A DNA stretch of 64,000 nt from Octopus sinensis (taxonomy: Eukaryota), in NCBI RefSeq assembly GCF_006345805.1, contig NC_042999.1:8060001-8124000 (forward strand), in the 5' to 3' direction. Below, piece after piece: positions 25,666 through 39,654 of this stretch; positions within the stretch are counted from its first letter, which is position 1, and every line of letters begins with the position of its first letter. The position numbers were made by a program, and so were the translations under genes. The notes below the pieces were generated by a model. That model made no database searches and was not told the DNA's origin. It saw only the letters and a program-made list of their open reading frames with translations.

Positions 25666-25667
<2 letters not shown>

Positions 25668-27251
25668 TATTGATACTGTTTTTGCAGCCCAGAAGTTGTT
25701 GATCAAATATTTTAGGTGTGGTTATTCATAGACGAATCTAAATGAGATGTTATTAAGTTTCGTTGCTTGAAATAATGGTTCTGTCATTGCAGTTCTGTAT
25801 AACCCCCCACCCCACCCCCATCCAGTGTGCTTTTGCTTGCTTGGATATTTTTAGGAAGAAATAGAATCGAGGAATTCAAGATAAATTTGGTTGGCGTTGC
25901 ATGTTTTTGATGTCGGAGAAGAAAGAACTGAATTATTACATATCATATTTACATTTTTGCCTGATGCAGTTTCGTCCTTATGGATAGAGGAAGCGGCTAG
26001 TTGAAACAGAACAAAGAACAACAAAAAGAAAGCAAAATCAAAAACAAAAAAAAACAATTCAATCGATTGTGTGGTACTATAGAAAAATCATACTACTCTC
26101 TCTTTCTTTCTCCTTCTCGTCTTTTCTGTTTCTCACACACACAGACGGACCAGTGGATTAAGTTGCTTAATTTGTCAGAAATAGCAGTCAAACCCCTCTC
26201 CCTGAAATCACACTCTATTGTGCCCAAAAGAAGGACACATTGGATAAGATTATCTTAGATTCACGTTCTTTATGAAAGACGACGGGGTGGTCAAGGCTAG
26301 AGCGCTCTAGGCCATTGGTTTGTTTAATCAATGATGACATAGGAACACGCTAGTTTGATGAAGAGTCTCCCACAATTTCTTTTTCGATTCTCATTCAAAA
26401 TGAACTAAGGGGTAATAACTCAAATCGACCAACAGTATGAGTTTGAATGAATGCGATAGGTTGTCATGAGCTGCATATCGTATGCAAATATTTTCTGATT
26501 TGAAATTTACTTCTTAGTTCGAGAAAGACAACAAATACCCAGCGGTAATTGTTAGCAACGCACAAAGAAAAAGGGAGAAAATTACAAGAAATTCACACTT
26601 CAAATTTACATGTTTTGAAGAAAGAAAATGGGATCTGTAAAGCTATAGAGAGACTTCGTTCTGTTAGATTCCATCAGCGAAGCTTAGTCTAACCAAAGCT
26701 GCCGATCTGTTAACAGAGATTTTTACGTTCAGATAAAGTGTTAGAAATAAATTTTGACCAGTATATATTGCATAACTAAAATATAAGATTATATCCACAT
26801 AATTTTATAAAAAAACATTAGATAAAACATATTTCTTTTGATCATAGGATACAACGTCTGCTCTTTGAAGTGTTGCGTTCAAATGGAAGCAACATAACAA
26901 CCATGCGCTTCAGAGCAGAGATTTTTCTGTAAATGTTTTATCTTCCGCTCTGATATCAGTGATTTTATTTCAAACAGATATATTTTAAAAATGTATTTAA
27001 ATGGATTTAAATAATAATCATGAGAGATTAGAATACAGAACCTATTTTACAAACATGCTGTAACAAGTATATAATGCATATATAGATATATAGATATACA
27101 TATATATAGATGCATATGTATGTATGTGTGCGTGCGTGCGTGTTTGCATATATTCATAGCTTTTTTGATATATTCATAGCTAATAAATATATATTGCATA
27201 CATGAGTATATACCAAATATGTGTATATGTATGTATTTCTATATCTACGTC

Positions 27252-27630
27252 TGGAGTCGCAATGGCCCAGTGGTTAGGGAAGTGGAGTCATGATCGTAGG
27301 ATCGCGCTTTCGATTCCCAGACAGAGTGTTGTGAGTGTTTATTGAGCGAAAATCCCAAAGCTCCACGATGCTCCAGCAGGGGTGGTGGCGAACTCTGCTG
27401 TACTCTTTCACCACAACTTTTTTCACACTTTCTTCCTGTTTCTGTTGTACCTGTATTTCAAAAGGGCCGGCTTTCTCACACTCTGTGTCACGTTGAGTCT
27501 CTCCGAGAACTACGTTAAGGGTACACGTGTCTGTGGAGTGCTCAGCCCCTTGCATGTTAATTTCACGAGCAGGCTGTTCTGTTGATCGGATCGACTGGAA
27601 CCCTCGTCGTTGTAACCGACGGAGTACCAC
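27252..27630 (+). mobile_element. SINE group C (head H2 + tail T1)
   Basis: TGGCCCAGTGG A box, TTCGATTCC B box, H2 body GTTGTGAGTGTTTATTGAGCGAAAA, T1 tail. Confidence 0.9.
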
Positions 27631-28148
27631 GATGTATATATCTGTCTACTGATGTCTCTGTAATCCTTGTGGATTAATGTATTATTAAATATTACGTTTA
27701 GAGATGGCATTCCTAATAAATATAGGCTGGAGTATATCTGCTTAGTCTGGTGTATAATGTATATTTTTATATATTTCCGGAAATGGAAAGGTCTATAGGA
27801 ATTGTGACTGGTGGTGTAATGTTGCGATTCGTCAGACTGAATAAATATTTTGAGAATTTTAGTGTATATTTATACGAAATTGGGGTCTTCTCTGTAAAGT
27901 ACTGAGAGAAGTTTTGTAATAGAAGAAGGTAGAGGTTGACTGGATTTGAGGCGTTGAAGTGGGAGTGAACGTGGTGCGTCTTTGTTGCAGTGTGTTCGGG
28001 CTAAATTTGACTGTTGGCATAAAAGGAAAATAAGCACAGTATATCCATCCAAAGATAAAAGTATTTTAGAGAATATAAAAAAATTTTCAATTAGATTATG
28101 GCTGGGAGATAACAGTTTACGCCAAGTAGCTGCCATCAGTTTCCATCT

Positions 28149-28194
28149 GACACCTGATGAAGGCTGGAGGGTATATCAGCCGAAACGTTGTGTT
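28149..28194 (+). ncRNA. Minimal type I hammerhead ribozyme motif in a Penelope-like fragment (~28000-28285)
   Basis: GACAC-CTGATGA-A-GGCTG-(10 nt loop)-CAGCC-GAAAC-GTT-GTGTT, with palindromic AACGTT in place of stem III. Confidence 0.75.
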
Positions 28195-28724
28195 AACAAC
28201 AAACAAGATGAGGACAAATATCCGTTAAATGTAAATAATGTAAATAATGTAGATAATTCCTCATCTCTTAAATATAGAATTGTATTATGGTCACTTTATA
28301 ATCTAAGTTAATGAAAACAACAAAACCATCATTGAAATTCAAGCTTGTATTTTCAAAATTTAACCCTTCTTAAGCCTTGGTCCCGATTTCTTTTTCTTTT
28401 TGGTATTGGCTCGATCAGAAAGGGTGTTGCCCGGGCAACTAGGGCAACATCGCTGCATCTGCCACGGCTTCATAGTCTCTGTTGCGGCTGTTCATGTCAC
28501 GTCTTACAGCCTTTACACTGTATAATTACAGGTATACCCTGATACACATCCATGCTTACATATAAAGATAGAAGCCTTGATATACACACACATACACTCT
28601 CCTGTCCTGAAACACAAATATTCACATATCGGCGCATAACCCTCACCACCGTCAACCCACCAACATCTGGTGTAACTATTCTCAGTTATTTTAAGATTTC
28701 CCCACATAGTCATAGATGTAAATG

Positions 28725-28870
28725 GGAGGTAACAAGCTTGCCTCCCAACCACATGGTTTCGGGTTCAGTTCCACTGTGTGGTACCTTTACCAAGTCTCTA
28801 CTGTTGTCTCAAGGTATTCAAAGCTTTGTGAGTGAATTTGGTGATCGGAAACTGAAAGAAACCCGTCATA
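28725..28870 (+). mobile_element. SINE group B, 5' part
   Basis: CCAACCACATGGTTTCGGGTTCAGTTCCACTG..GGAAACTGAAAGAAACCCGTC. Confidence 0.8.
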
Positions 28871-29015
28871 TGTATATATACATACATAAATACATACATT
28901 ATTGCATTGCTATTTTCATTGAAACTTCTTCACTGTCCTCGTTCTGTTAACGTTGTGGCGTTCAGACGAGTGTACTGGCATAGATGTGGCAACTTTTGAA
29001 ATATTGTCGAGGTTT

Positions 29016-29087
29016 ATGCAGCTGATGAGGATAAATCAAGTATACGTTTGGCAGCGTATTTTGAAAAATCCGAAACCGGTACTGCAT
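29016..29087 (+). ncRNA. Minimal type I hammerhead ribozyme, intact core, in a Penelope-like insert (~28890-29275)
   Basis: ATGCAG-CTGATGA-GGAT-(extended hairpin)-ATCC-GAAAC-CG-GTA-CTGCAT, with palindromic ACCGGT stem III. Confidence 0.85.
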
Positions 29088-29314
29088 TATCCGTTATCTA
29101 GGTTTTCATTTTTCAGATGTTCTTCCTGGAGGTAGACAATTTTTTCATGTTTGTTCACACACGCATCTTAACTAGTACATACGCAGTGAAGCTATACATT
29201 AGCGTCGTATTTATTACGTTCGCTATTTTCCAGTAGATATCGGTGCTTCGTTGTACCATTTATTTACTTTTATGTATATATATATACAAATATATATATG
29301 ACGGGTTTGTTGCA

Positions 29315-29710
29315 TTCTTTTACATGTTTCAGTCGTTTGACTGCGGCCATGCTGAGCACCACCTTTAGTCGAAAACATTGACCCCAGGACTTATTCTTGG
29401 TAAGCCTAGTACTTATTCTATCGGTCTCTTATGCCGAACCGCTACCTTATGATGACAGAAACACACTAGCATCGGTTGTCGAGGGATGGTGGGAGGACAA
29501 ACACAGAGACACAAGCACACACACACACACACACACACATACATATACACGACGAACTTCTTTCAGTCTCCGTCTACCAAATCCACTCAAAAGGCTTTGG
29601 TAAGCTCGAGGATATAGTAGAAGACACTTGCACAAGGTGTCACCCAATGAGACTGAACCCGGAACCACGTGGTTGATAAGCAAGCTCCTTAACTCACAGC
29701 CACTCCCGTA
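29315..29710 (-). mobile_element. SINE group B
   Basis: Reverse complement of the full group B body. Confidence 0.9.
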
Positions 29711-29747
29711 ACAGAAAAAGGTATATATATATATATATCTTCTTCTC

Positions 29748-30066
29748 TTACTCCGCCGGTTACGACGACGAGGGTCCCAGCTGATACGATCAACGGAACA
29801 GCTTGCTCGTGAAATTAACGTGCAAATGGCTGAGCATTCCACAGACACGTGTACCCTTAACGTAGTTCTCGGGGATAATCAGCGTGACACAGAGTGACAA
29901 GGCTGACCCTTTGAAATACAAGTACAACTCATTTTTGCCAGCTGAGTGGACTGGAGCAACGTGAAATAAAGTGTCTTGCTCAAGGACACAACGCGTCGCC
30001 GGAATCGAACTCACAACCTTACGATCATGAGCCGAATGCCCTAACCACTAAGCCACGCGCCCTCAC
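29748..30066 (-). mobile_element. SINE group C (H1+T1), near intact
   Basis: Minus strand TGGCTTAGTGG..GAGTTCGATTCC..CCTTGAGCAAGACACTTTATTTC. Confidence 0.92.
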
Positions 30067-30080
30067 ATATATATATATAT

Positions 30081-30120
<40 letters not shown>

Positions 30121-30339
30121 TAGATAGATAGATAGATAGATTAGATAGATAGATAGATGTGCGAGTCTTTCTGTTTGTGTTTAGGTCCCCGTAATTTAAC
30201 AGTTCTACAAAAAACACCGATAGAATGAGTACCAGGTTTTCATAAATTATAAGTACTGGGATCGATTCACGACTGCAGTCTAATGACTGAAACAAATAAA
30301 ATATATTTATTCCCTTCTATTGTTTTTCAATCGTCCTCT

Positions 30340-30720
30340 CACTTCCCTCTCAATCAGCTGAATCGATTAAGGTCGACCGTTTAACATCCTTGTGTAACAT
30401 CATCAGAAATAACTTCAACGGCTCCTTAACCGGTGTTAATCTCCTGACTTGACTTACCCCCATTTGTTTCCTTACATATTCACTCACCCTGATCATTGCA
30501 TATTCTAACCTCAACACTACACACCTTATGATATTACAACCGAGCAAGCACCCACAACCACAACGTCACGTCACACCCTACATTCTCATCATACCGAGAA
30601 CCCATCGCCTAACGTATATTTCATGAAGGTTTTCATATCTTCTCAAAATAGTTTGAAGCTCACTAAATATTTATTCAGCCTGAAGAATCGCTATATGAAA
30701 TTCTCAGCCCCTGCCCGCCT
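30340..30720 (+). mobile_element. Possible Penelope-like remnant
   Basis: NIIRNNFN..LIIAYSNL peptide remnants. AAATATTTATTCAGCCTGAAGAATCGC is shared with the minus strand at ~27824-27850. Confidence 0.35.
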
Positions 30721-31476
30721 CACATTTATATATATAAATATATGTATATCTACCTATTTATCTATACCTATATCTATCAGTATATATATGTATATGAATA
30801 TACAGATATGAGCGCGCACGCACACACACATGTATGTTTGTATCTATGTATGTATATCAATGCCTGAGTAAGAGAGTGTGTTATTGTGAAAATTCTAGAA
30901 GACTAAAAATATTCAGATTGTAAACAACATAAAAACAACACCACATTGTTTTTACAAAGGATAATTTTATAATTTTAAAAATAAACAGCGTTATATGGTT
31001 ATGTTCTGGCTGTCTGATAACGCAAATGGCCACCGCATTCTTTCATCTGTGAGGTGTGAGGAAACCGTGATCAGACGAAACTATGAAACATAAAATTATT
31101 ATAGATCATGGAGAAACTTGTCTTCCAACTTCTATTTTAAGTTGTAAAATAAGAGAAAAAATATACATTCACTTGATACATAGTTTCACAATTTTCACAT
31201 CTCTAATATACGATATATATTTTTATCTTCTAAAGGCTTATAAGATATTGATAGCATATGAACCGATTCAATATTCTACGAAGCAGCAGTTTTTTTTTGT
31301 GTATTGATAGATCTCTCCCAATGTATTCTGTATGAAGGCACCCGCTGCCTTCAATAGAACGATGCATAGATCGTATGTTCTCCTTCTCAGTAATTTTATC
31401 CAAAGAGATAAGTCTGCGAGGAGAAACATAATTGAGAATTTGTATATATAGCAATGGAATTATATTAGACAATATA

Positions 31477-31585
31477 GGCGTAGCTGTGTAAGTAGCTTGC
31501 TTACCAACCACATGGTTCCGGGTTCAGTCCCACTGCGTGGCACCTTGGGCAAGTGCCTTCTACTAGCCTATATATATATGTGTGT

Positions 31586-31623
<38 letters not shown>

Positions 31624-31820
31624 TTGTGTGTCTGTGTTTGTCCCCCCAACATCACTTGATAACCAATGCTGGTGTGATTACGTCCCCGTAACCTAGCGGT
31701 TCGGCAAAAGAGACCGATAGAATAAGTACTAGGCTTACAAAGAATAAGTGCTGGGTTCGATTCGCTCGACTGAAGGCGGTGCTCCAGTCAAATGACTGAA
31801 ACAGGTAAAAGAGTAGAGAG
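31477..31820 (+). mobile_element. SINE group B with internal deletion
   Basis: Head, CCTTGGGCAAGTG, (TA)/(TG)n, tail. Confidence 0.9.
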
Positions 31821-32979
31821 TAATATTATCTTCCTAATTGTGATACATGAAACTATGCCGTGCTGAATGCAATGTAAGCGTTTACTGTCATATTGAAGAT
31901 GTTCGTGTGCACTCGGACGTGGAAAGACATACACTGCAGAAATTGTCTCAAGAGAAAAATTCCCCTTATAGACAATATGTGTGAAAAGCAGTCCACATGG
32001 CTAGAATAATGTCAGTACAGTAGTATGCATGCGTTTCTACCTTATAGCAAGCACATCGTTAATAATGGATACTGAATCATTCTTCAGAGCCTCTAAGAAC
32101 AGGTTGTCCTTATATAAGAACAATAAAAGGTATCTTTGCTGTAGTACACGAAGTTTAGTTCAACTGAAATTAATCAGAGGCACACTTAGCAGAGGTTTAT
32201 CCAGTCATGGTGAGACAAGCGCTGCAGAAACTATCTCCAGAGAATTTTTTCTTATAGACAGCATGTGTGAAAAAAACAGATATTTGAGCTAGAATAATGT
32301 CAATGGACCGTGGGACACAAGCGTTTCTGCATCAATCATTATAAATAATAATTATACGATTGAAGTTCTGCTTATGATTTGAGATCTGAGTCACTTCCTG
32401 TCCCTGTTATACAGTTAAAAGTTTAAGCAAACCAAGTCAAGGTGGTTTACAACATTTTCGTCATACTCGAAGGTGTCTAGGAGGTGAAACCCTGAAAACC
32501 CTTTGAGAAAACTCTGTATTGATATAAGGGAACATCTATAATTAGAAATGGTTTATATGGAGCTGTAAAAGAAATGCAATAACCCATTGATGTCTTTGTA
32601 AAGTTGTTGACTTTTTGATTATTGATGTATTTGCCATTAGAATCTTTGCCGATTGTAACGTAGGAACCTTCCAAGAAGAATGATCTTGTCAACGGGTTGA
32701 TGATTAAGAATACTTAATGTCCGTCGTCATGAATCTGTCTTTGTTCTCAACACTATTACATCACTTCTAACTCAATGGCGCACAAAAGGAAGCAATGAAT
32801 TCTTTGAAATTCCAAATACTAGTTTTAGCGAGAACAGAGACAAGATGCATTTGGATTTAAAACTCAGGTGGTTTTACTTTCAACTATTCTCATTTTTATC
32901 TAATCTAAAACAAAGTTTAAGCAATAAATTTCTTTCAAGTCCTTTCTCACGTAAACGATTTTCTGATTGTCTGACTGAT

Positions 32980-33325
32980 TTCAAATATTGGCACAAGGCA
33001 AAGCAATTTCGGCGGAGTTTGTAAGTCGCTTACATTGATCCCAATGTCTAACTGGTACTTATTGGGGGAATTTGAACTCAAAACGTAAAGGCGGACGAAG
33101 GCGTGCTAACCTTTTCTACTGTAGGCACAAGGCCTAACATTTTGGGGGGAAGGGATAAGTCGATCACATCGACCCCAGTACACAACTGGTACTTAATTTA
33201 TCGACCTCGAAAGGATGAAAGGCAAAGTCGACCTCGGCATAATTTGAACTCAGAGAGTAGCAGCAGACGAAATACTGCTAAGCATTTCGCCCGGCGTGCT
33301 AACGATTCTGCCATCTCGCTGTCTT
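32980..33325 (-). mobile_element. SINE group A, two nested or tandem copies
   Basis: Two successive TGGTACTT and TTTGAACTCA motifs, head at ~33320. Confidence 0.85.
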
Positions 33326-33879
33326 AGCAAGTAATATGGTAATTTTCACAAATAAAACCGATTCCAATAAGTTCTGCAAATTTATTGCCGCATTCTTAAT
33401 TAAAAATATCTGAAATACATCAGATAGGAATAAAAACGATACAGAACATCACGTATAGTTTCCAAATAATGATTGTCTGTTAATTAAGGAACCGTGCTTT
33501 CTGATATTACTGCTGTAGATGTTTTTGCTGTGTAGATGGTGTTGTTGTTGTGGTGGTGGTTGTAGTAGTTGTTAATATAATAATACTACTGACTTTGGTC
33601 ATAAAACATTTGAAGGAGAAACAGCAGCCGAAAAAAAGAAATTTGGTAGATGTGGAATTAGCGAGGATACGAAAAAAGATGGGTTAAACAAAGGAATACA
33701 GAGAATAAGATTTAGTGGGGGGTGGGGGGAAGATGTAAGAGGCGAAGGAGGAAGATGAGGAAGGGAAAAAAGGGGGAAAAAAAGGAAATAGATAAAAAAA
33801 TAAAAAGAAAGGAACAGATGTTGAATAGGAAAAGAAATTGCAGATAGGGTTAAATAATGAAGATCAAGGTTTTGAAGTA

Positions 33880-34040
33880 TGAGAAGAAGAAGAAGAAGAA
33901 GAAGAAGAAGAAGAAGAAGGGGAAGAAGAAGAAGAAGAAGAAGAAGAAGAAGAAGAAGAGAAGAAGAAGAAGAAGAAGAAGAAGGGGAAGAAGAAGAAGA
34001 AGAAGAAGAAGAAGAAGAAGAAGAAGAAGAAGAAGAAAGT
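33880..34040. repeat. (GAA)n microsatellite
   Basis: Direct. Confidence 0.95.
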
Positions 34041-34779
34041 AGCAGTGGTAGCAACGGCAGTAGTACATAAGAATTGAGTATAAGAATAGGAAAAATAACA
34101 GAGGAAAAAGAGAACAATATTAAATTGATCGGAACATCTTTGATTAAGAAAGTTTTTTTTGTGAAGAATTTTAAAAAAAAAAGAGAAAAATATTTACCAC
34201 GTATACAATTCCTTCAAAAATTCAATAAACTCTGAACCTGAATTCTTCAATTGTTGAATCTCTGTCACTTCTCCGTTTTTCACCCCCACCCCACCCGTCT
34301 GTTGGAAACAATGGAACAATATTGTAACATGAGTTGAATAATGTAACCTTTCTTATCCGATGAATGTCTTTCAAATGTATTTATTTACGGATCCTTTCAT
34401 AAATAAATCTTTCTAAATCCTATCCAAACTTGATGTAAATCATTGGTAGGTGAGCAACGATACATCATTAGACACACCACGACTGACTGGCGTAAGGACG
34501 GCAGCAAAACATGAGCTGCATAAAAAATTTGGCGAGGAAATAAAATGAAACAAAAAAATTTAATACTGTCATGAAATAAAGTAAATAGAATAATAAAACT
34601 AAGTTCAAAGCAGCAGAAATGGTATTTATTGTGGCATTATATTGCTCTTTCGCGTCTCTGCCAGGCCGCTCCCCAATATTCTATCGATATACAGCGAAAG
34701 ATAGATAGTAATGATAAATAGTAGATTGTAATAGATAGTAAATACATACATGCATGCGTACAAACATGATTTATTTACT

Positions 34780-34970
<191 letters not shown>

Positions 34971-35096
34971 GCTGTATACACACAAATGTACAAAGTGTGT
35001 GTATACACGTGTGTATCTATTTATGTTTATATATATGTCATCTCTAAGTATGTATACATGCAGTATGTATGTATACACATACATACATACATACAT

Positions 35097-35129
<33 letters not shown>

Positions 35130-35158
35130 TACATACATACATACATACCTACATACAT

Positions 35159-36360
35159 GAGATCCGAGCCATTGATGTGAAAACCCGAAAAATACTAACA
35201 AGCACACAATTTCCTCATAAACAGTGACGTAGACCGTCTCTACTTAAAACGAAAACAAGGCAGCTGAGGCTTAGCATCAATCCAAATTGCCTTTCAATGT
35301 CGCATCATATCCCTTCGGCAACATCTTTTAACCACCAAATACCGAAGTGCATCCCTTGAGGCTGATAACATCTTAAGACTTGGAAGGCAGCTCCTTGAGC
35401 AACACTCTTTGTCTGATAACCTGGAATACAAGCCCAAAGAAGTCGCACTACTTCACTGCAACATATCCTTAGATGAAAGGATGAGCCTATATGAGCAGAA
35501 GACTATGCAAGGATATGTTAGCAGAAGGCTCCCTGACAATAGTAATATCGATCATGAAAGCAGTTTATCATGGACCAAAAGCCGGATTACTACCTCTCAT
35601 TTTGAAGGGTATGCGTTTACAATCCCGCAGCAGGAAATATCAACCAGATACTTGATACACAAAAGGGATAGAGATAAGGGAAAACCTGTAAAATGTGACA
35701 ACCGATGCCGACTTTGCGGAGTTCACACTGAAGATATTACCCACATCATAAGCAGCTGCTCGAAAATGTCATCGCGATATTATCTATCGATGAGACGTTA
35801 TGTTGTAGCTAGGACACTCTATAATGAAATCCGTCGGATGGATAATCCCGAGCACAAAGAATTAAGAATCCACAATATGGTAGAAGCCATAACCACTGGT
35901 TGAATGTCCCAGTGAAGACCTCAATAAAATATAAGCACAACAGACCTGATATAATGATTTGGGATGGAGAAGAGAAACTGAGCACGGTTGTGGAAATTAG
36001 CTGCCCAGTGGATGTTAACATAAAGGTGAAGATCAGCGAAAACGAGAACACCTATGCTGAACTATTGAGAGATCTGCAGTTACTCTATCCAGATTACAAG
36101 TTCAGGTTTATACCAGTAATTATTGGTGCCCTGGGATATGTAACACACTGCCTAAATACCAACCTTGAGAAATTAGGCTTCTCGAAACAAGAAAGGAGAA
36201 AGCTAATTTGAAGACTACAGATCTAATCCATCACTGGAACTGTAAGAGTCTGTAAAAACTTTCCATAAGTTTATCATTTAAATATATATATGAGCATGTC
36301 TAGATATGTAGCTATATGCATGAGAATACATACATAAAGCAAAACATACAAACCTGCACA
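35159..36360 (+). mobile_element. R4/Dong-like RLE non-LTR retrotransposon, 5'-truncated, within (CATA)n
   Basis: IDVKTRKIL..SDVDRLYLKR, CCHC finger CRLC..EDITHIISSC, RLE motif HNRPDIMIWD..VVEISCP and IPVIIGALG. Contains stops and frameshifts. (CATA)n on both sides. Confidence 0.92.
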
Positions 36361-37526
36361 TACATACAAACATACATACATACATACATACATACATACA
36401 TACATACATACAAACATACATACATACAATACATACATACATACATACATACAAACAACAATACATACATACATACTACATACATACATACAAACATACA
36501 TACATACATACATACAACATACATAATACATACATACATACATACATACATACACACATACATACATACATACAATACATACATACATACATACATACAA
36601 ACATACATACATACATACATACATACATACAGACATACATACAACAAATACATAATACAACATACATACATACATAAATACCTACATACACTACATACAC
36701 ACACACCCATACATACATAATACAACAACATACCATACATACATACCTTTACATACATACATTACATACATACATACAATACATTACATACATACATACA
36801 TACATACATACACACATACATACATACATACATACATAATACATACACTACAATACATGCATACATACATACTACATACATACAAACAATACATAAACAT
36901 ACATACATACATACTACATACATAATACATACATACATACATACATACATACAAAATACATACATACATACATAATACTACATACATAATACAACATACA
37001 TACATACATACATACATAACATACAATACATGCATACATACATACATACATACATACATACAAACATACATACACACACACCCATACATACATACATACA
37101 TACATACAAACATACATACATACATACATACAATACATACATACATACATACACACACACCCATACATACATACATACATACAAACATACATACATACAT
37201 ACATACAATACATACATACATACATACACGCACACCCATACATACATACATACAAACATACATATATACATACAAACATACATACATACATACATACATA
37301 CATACAAACATACATACATACATACATACATACATACAATACATACATACATACATACATACATACAAACATACATACATACATACAAACATACATATAT
37401 ACATACATACATACATACATACATACATACATACATACGTACATACATACATACATACATACATACATACATACATACATACATACATACATACATACAT
37501 ACATACATACATACATACATACATAC
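36355..37526. repeat. ~1.2 kb (CATA)n array
   Basis: Direct; follows the 3' UTR of the R4-like element. Confidence 0.97.
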
Positions 37527-37539
37527 CTCTGTTACAACT

Positions 37540-38090
37540 CCTTATTAGTGGTATATTTCCATCGAGAGTGAAACAGAATTTGAAGTCAAGACCAGGATAG
37601 ATAAAGCAACGTCCGTATTCCAACGCCTTCGTCCAATATGGAGATCGAAGACCAACAACAAGATGATAAAGTCGCAGCTACACCAAAAGCCATCTTCTAC
37701 GCCAGGTAAACCCGGAATCGTACAACGAAGATCTCTCAATTCCTGGACTGGGCATTTCTTACTGGAGCGGAGTGAGGGATGAAGAGGTGATGAGAAGGGT
37801 GGGCGTGGGAAGCTGGCAGAATATGAAGACTAAGCGATGTAAATGGTGTTTACTGGTCATGTGTTGTGTGATTACTGCAAGAGAGACCTGCTACCATGGT
37901 GATGGGGTGAACGCCGGAAGGAGGAAAAAGACCGAGGTGAAGATCAAGGAATATGTGACGTATGACGTTCCGGGACGATATGATAATGATAGGAGTTGGC
38001 CAGACTGGAGCTAAGAGGAAAGCGAAGAATCGGGATGTTTAGAGAAGGCTCGTTGCCCGTTAAGCGCTGGAGGATCAAAGAGCTAAGAGA
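37540..38090 (+). mobile_element. RTE-clade LINE 3' remnant
   Basis: EVKTRIDKATSVFQRLRPIWRS, VRDEEVMRRVG and GHVL motifs. Confidence 0.75.
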
Positions 38091-38106
38091 GAGGTGCGTC
38101 TGCGTA

Positions 38107-38137
<31 letters not shown>

Positions 38138-38329
38138 TTGTATGTGTGTGCTTGTGTGTGCTTGTGTGTGTGTGTTTGTCTGTGTGTGTTTGTGTGTGTG
38201 TTTATGGCTTAGCGTTTATATTTGGACAAACACAAATACTAGCTCACACACGCACACACACACTCACACACACTCACACACACACTCTCTCTCACACACA
38301 CACGCACGCACACACACGCAAACGCACGC

Positions 38330-38460
38330 GAGGAGCTTCGGCACACTTTCTTTCTACGAAGTCCAACCCAAGACTACAGCAGACGGCACGTGCTCAAGGT
38401 GCCACGCAGTGTGACAGAACCTGGAACCAAATGGCTGCAAAGAGAATATTTTGACCACAA
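38330..38460 (-). mobile_element. SINE group B, degraded 5' part
   Basis: CAAGGTGCCACGCAGTG..GAACCTGGAACCA. Confidence 0.65.
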
Positions 38461-39589
38461 AATGCTTGCTTGTTAGTATTTACAAATACCAAATGACTAA
38501 TCATAAATACTGAGGTGAAACGTGTAAGAAGATCCATCTTTGCAAATATATCTCCCACCCATGTTTGTATAAAACATCACTGTTTAAGAATTAAAATCTG
38601 TTTTAATTAGCATTGCAGCATCATTAGCTCCCTTCACAGTATTGATACGAGGCCCACAAATCTATTTTAGATTCTGGAATTCAATTTGTTTACCTCTCAA
38701 CACGGTTTGTATTTGGCTGTGATTCCAGATGGCTGCTTTGGCAAGAACTCAATTGAATGTGTACGACTCTGCATTGGAGAAGAACTGTTGTGCAATTTTT
38801 AGGTTTTCTCTCTACAAAATTATAAATCCGGTCCATGTACAAGTTTTATTAATCTCCATGATTGAACATACGTATTGCGTGACTAAATTAACAATTGTTG
38901 GAAACTAATAATTTATTAAAAACACGATTTTTATTTGTCTTTTTAAATTCAGTCATGTAATATTTAAGCACTAGCTGACTGCCATCAGCTTTTGAAAGCA
39001 AACGTTATGAATTACAAAAGATATCAAGAAATAAACAAATGAAATCTATTCAGAATTTAGTAAATTTCAGTTAAATAAATTAAGTTTCAGCTACAATGCT
39101 GCTCATGTGTTGTTGGTAATTATGTTTTAATTTTTAGATTTCGTTAAGATAAACACAACAGCACAAACATTTATTTGTTCAATGATATTAAAGTTGATCG
39201 GCTCCGAGTTGGATAACAATCCTTATTTATGAATTATCTATCAACAGAAACCATTTAGCGAAATGATGTTCCTTTTCTTTTATCTTAAAAAGAAAACGAA
39301 ATGGGTTCAGTTTTGATATTTCTAAAACCAATTTAATTAGATCAGTTTTCGAAGAGTTTTTTTTTTGTATATTTACTGTGAAAACTCGATGTGAATATCT
39401 ACAGACACATACACACACACACGCACGCAGACACACACACACAGACACACACACGCACACACACACACACTCGAACTCACACGCACATCTACTCACAGAC
39501 TTGTTAATAGATGCACTCACTCTCACCCGTATCTGTATATTTGTATGTATGTGCAAATACACACACAACTCTGTGTGTGTGTGTGTGTA

Positions 39590-39649
<60 letters not shown>

Positions 39650-39654
<5 letters not shown>

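Noticed and set aside
30678-30710. CTGAAGA..GAAA hammerhead-like string
   Set aside because: No convincing stems or cleavage triplet remain.
33599-34117. Poly-K/R/E/S/L/F ORFs, also at 48494-48987
   Set aside because: Artefacts of (GAA)n tracts.
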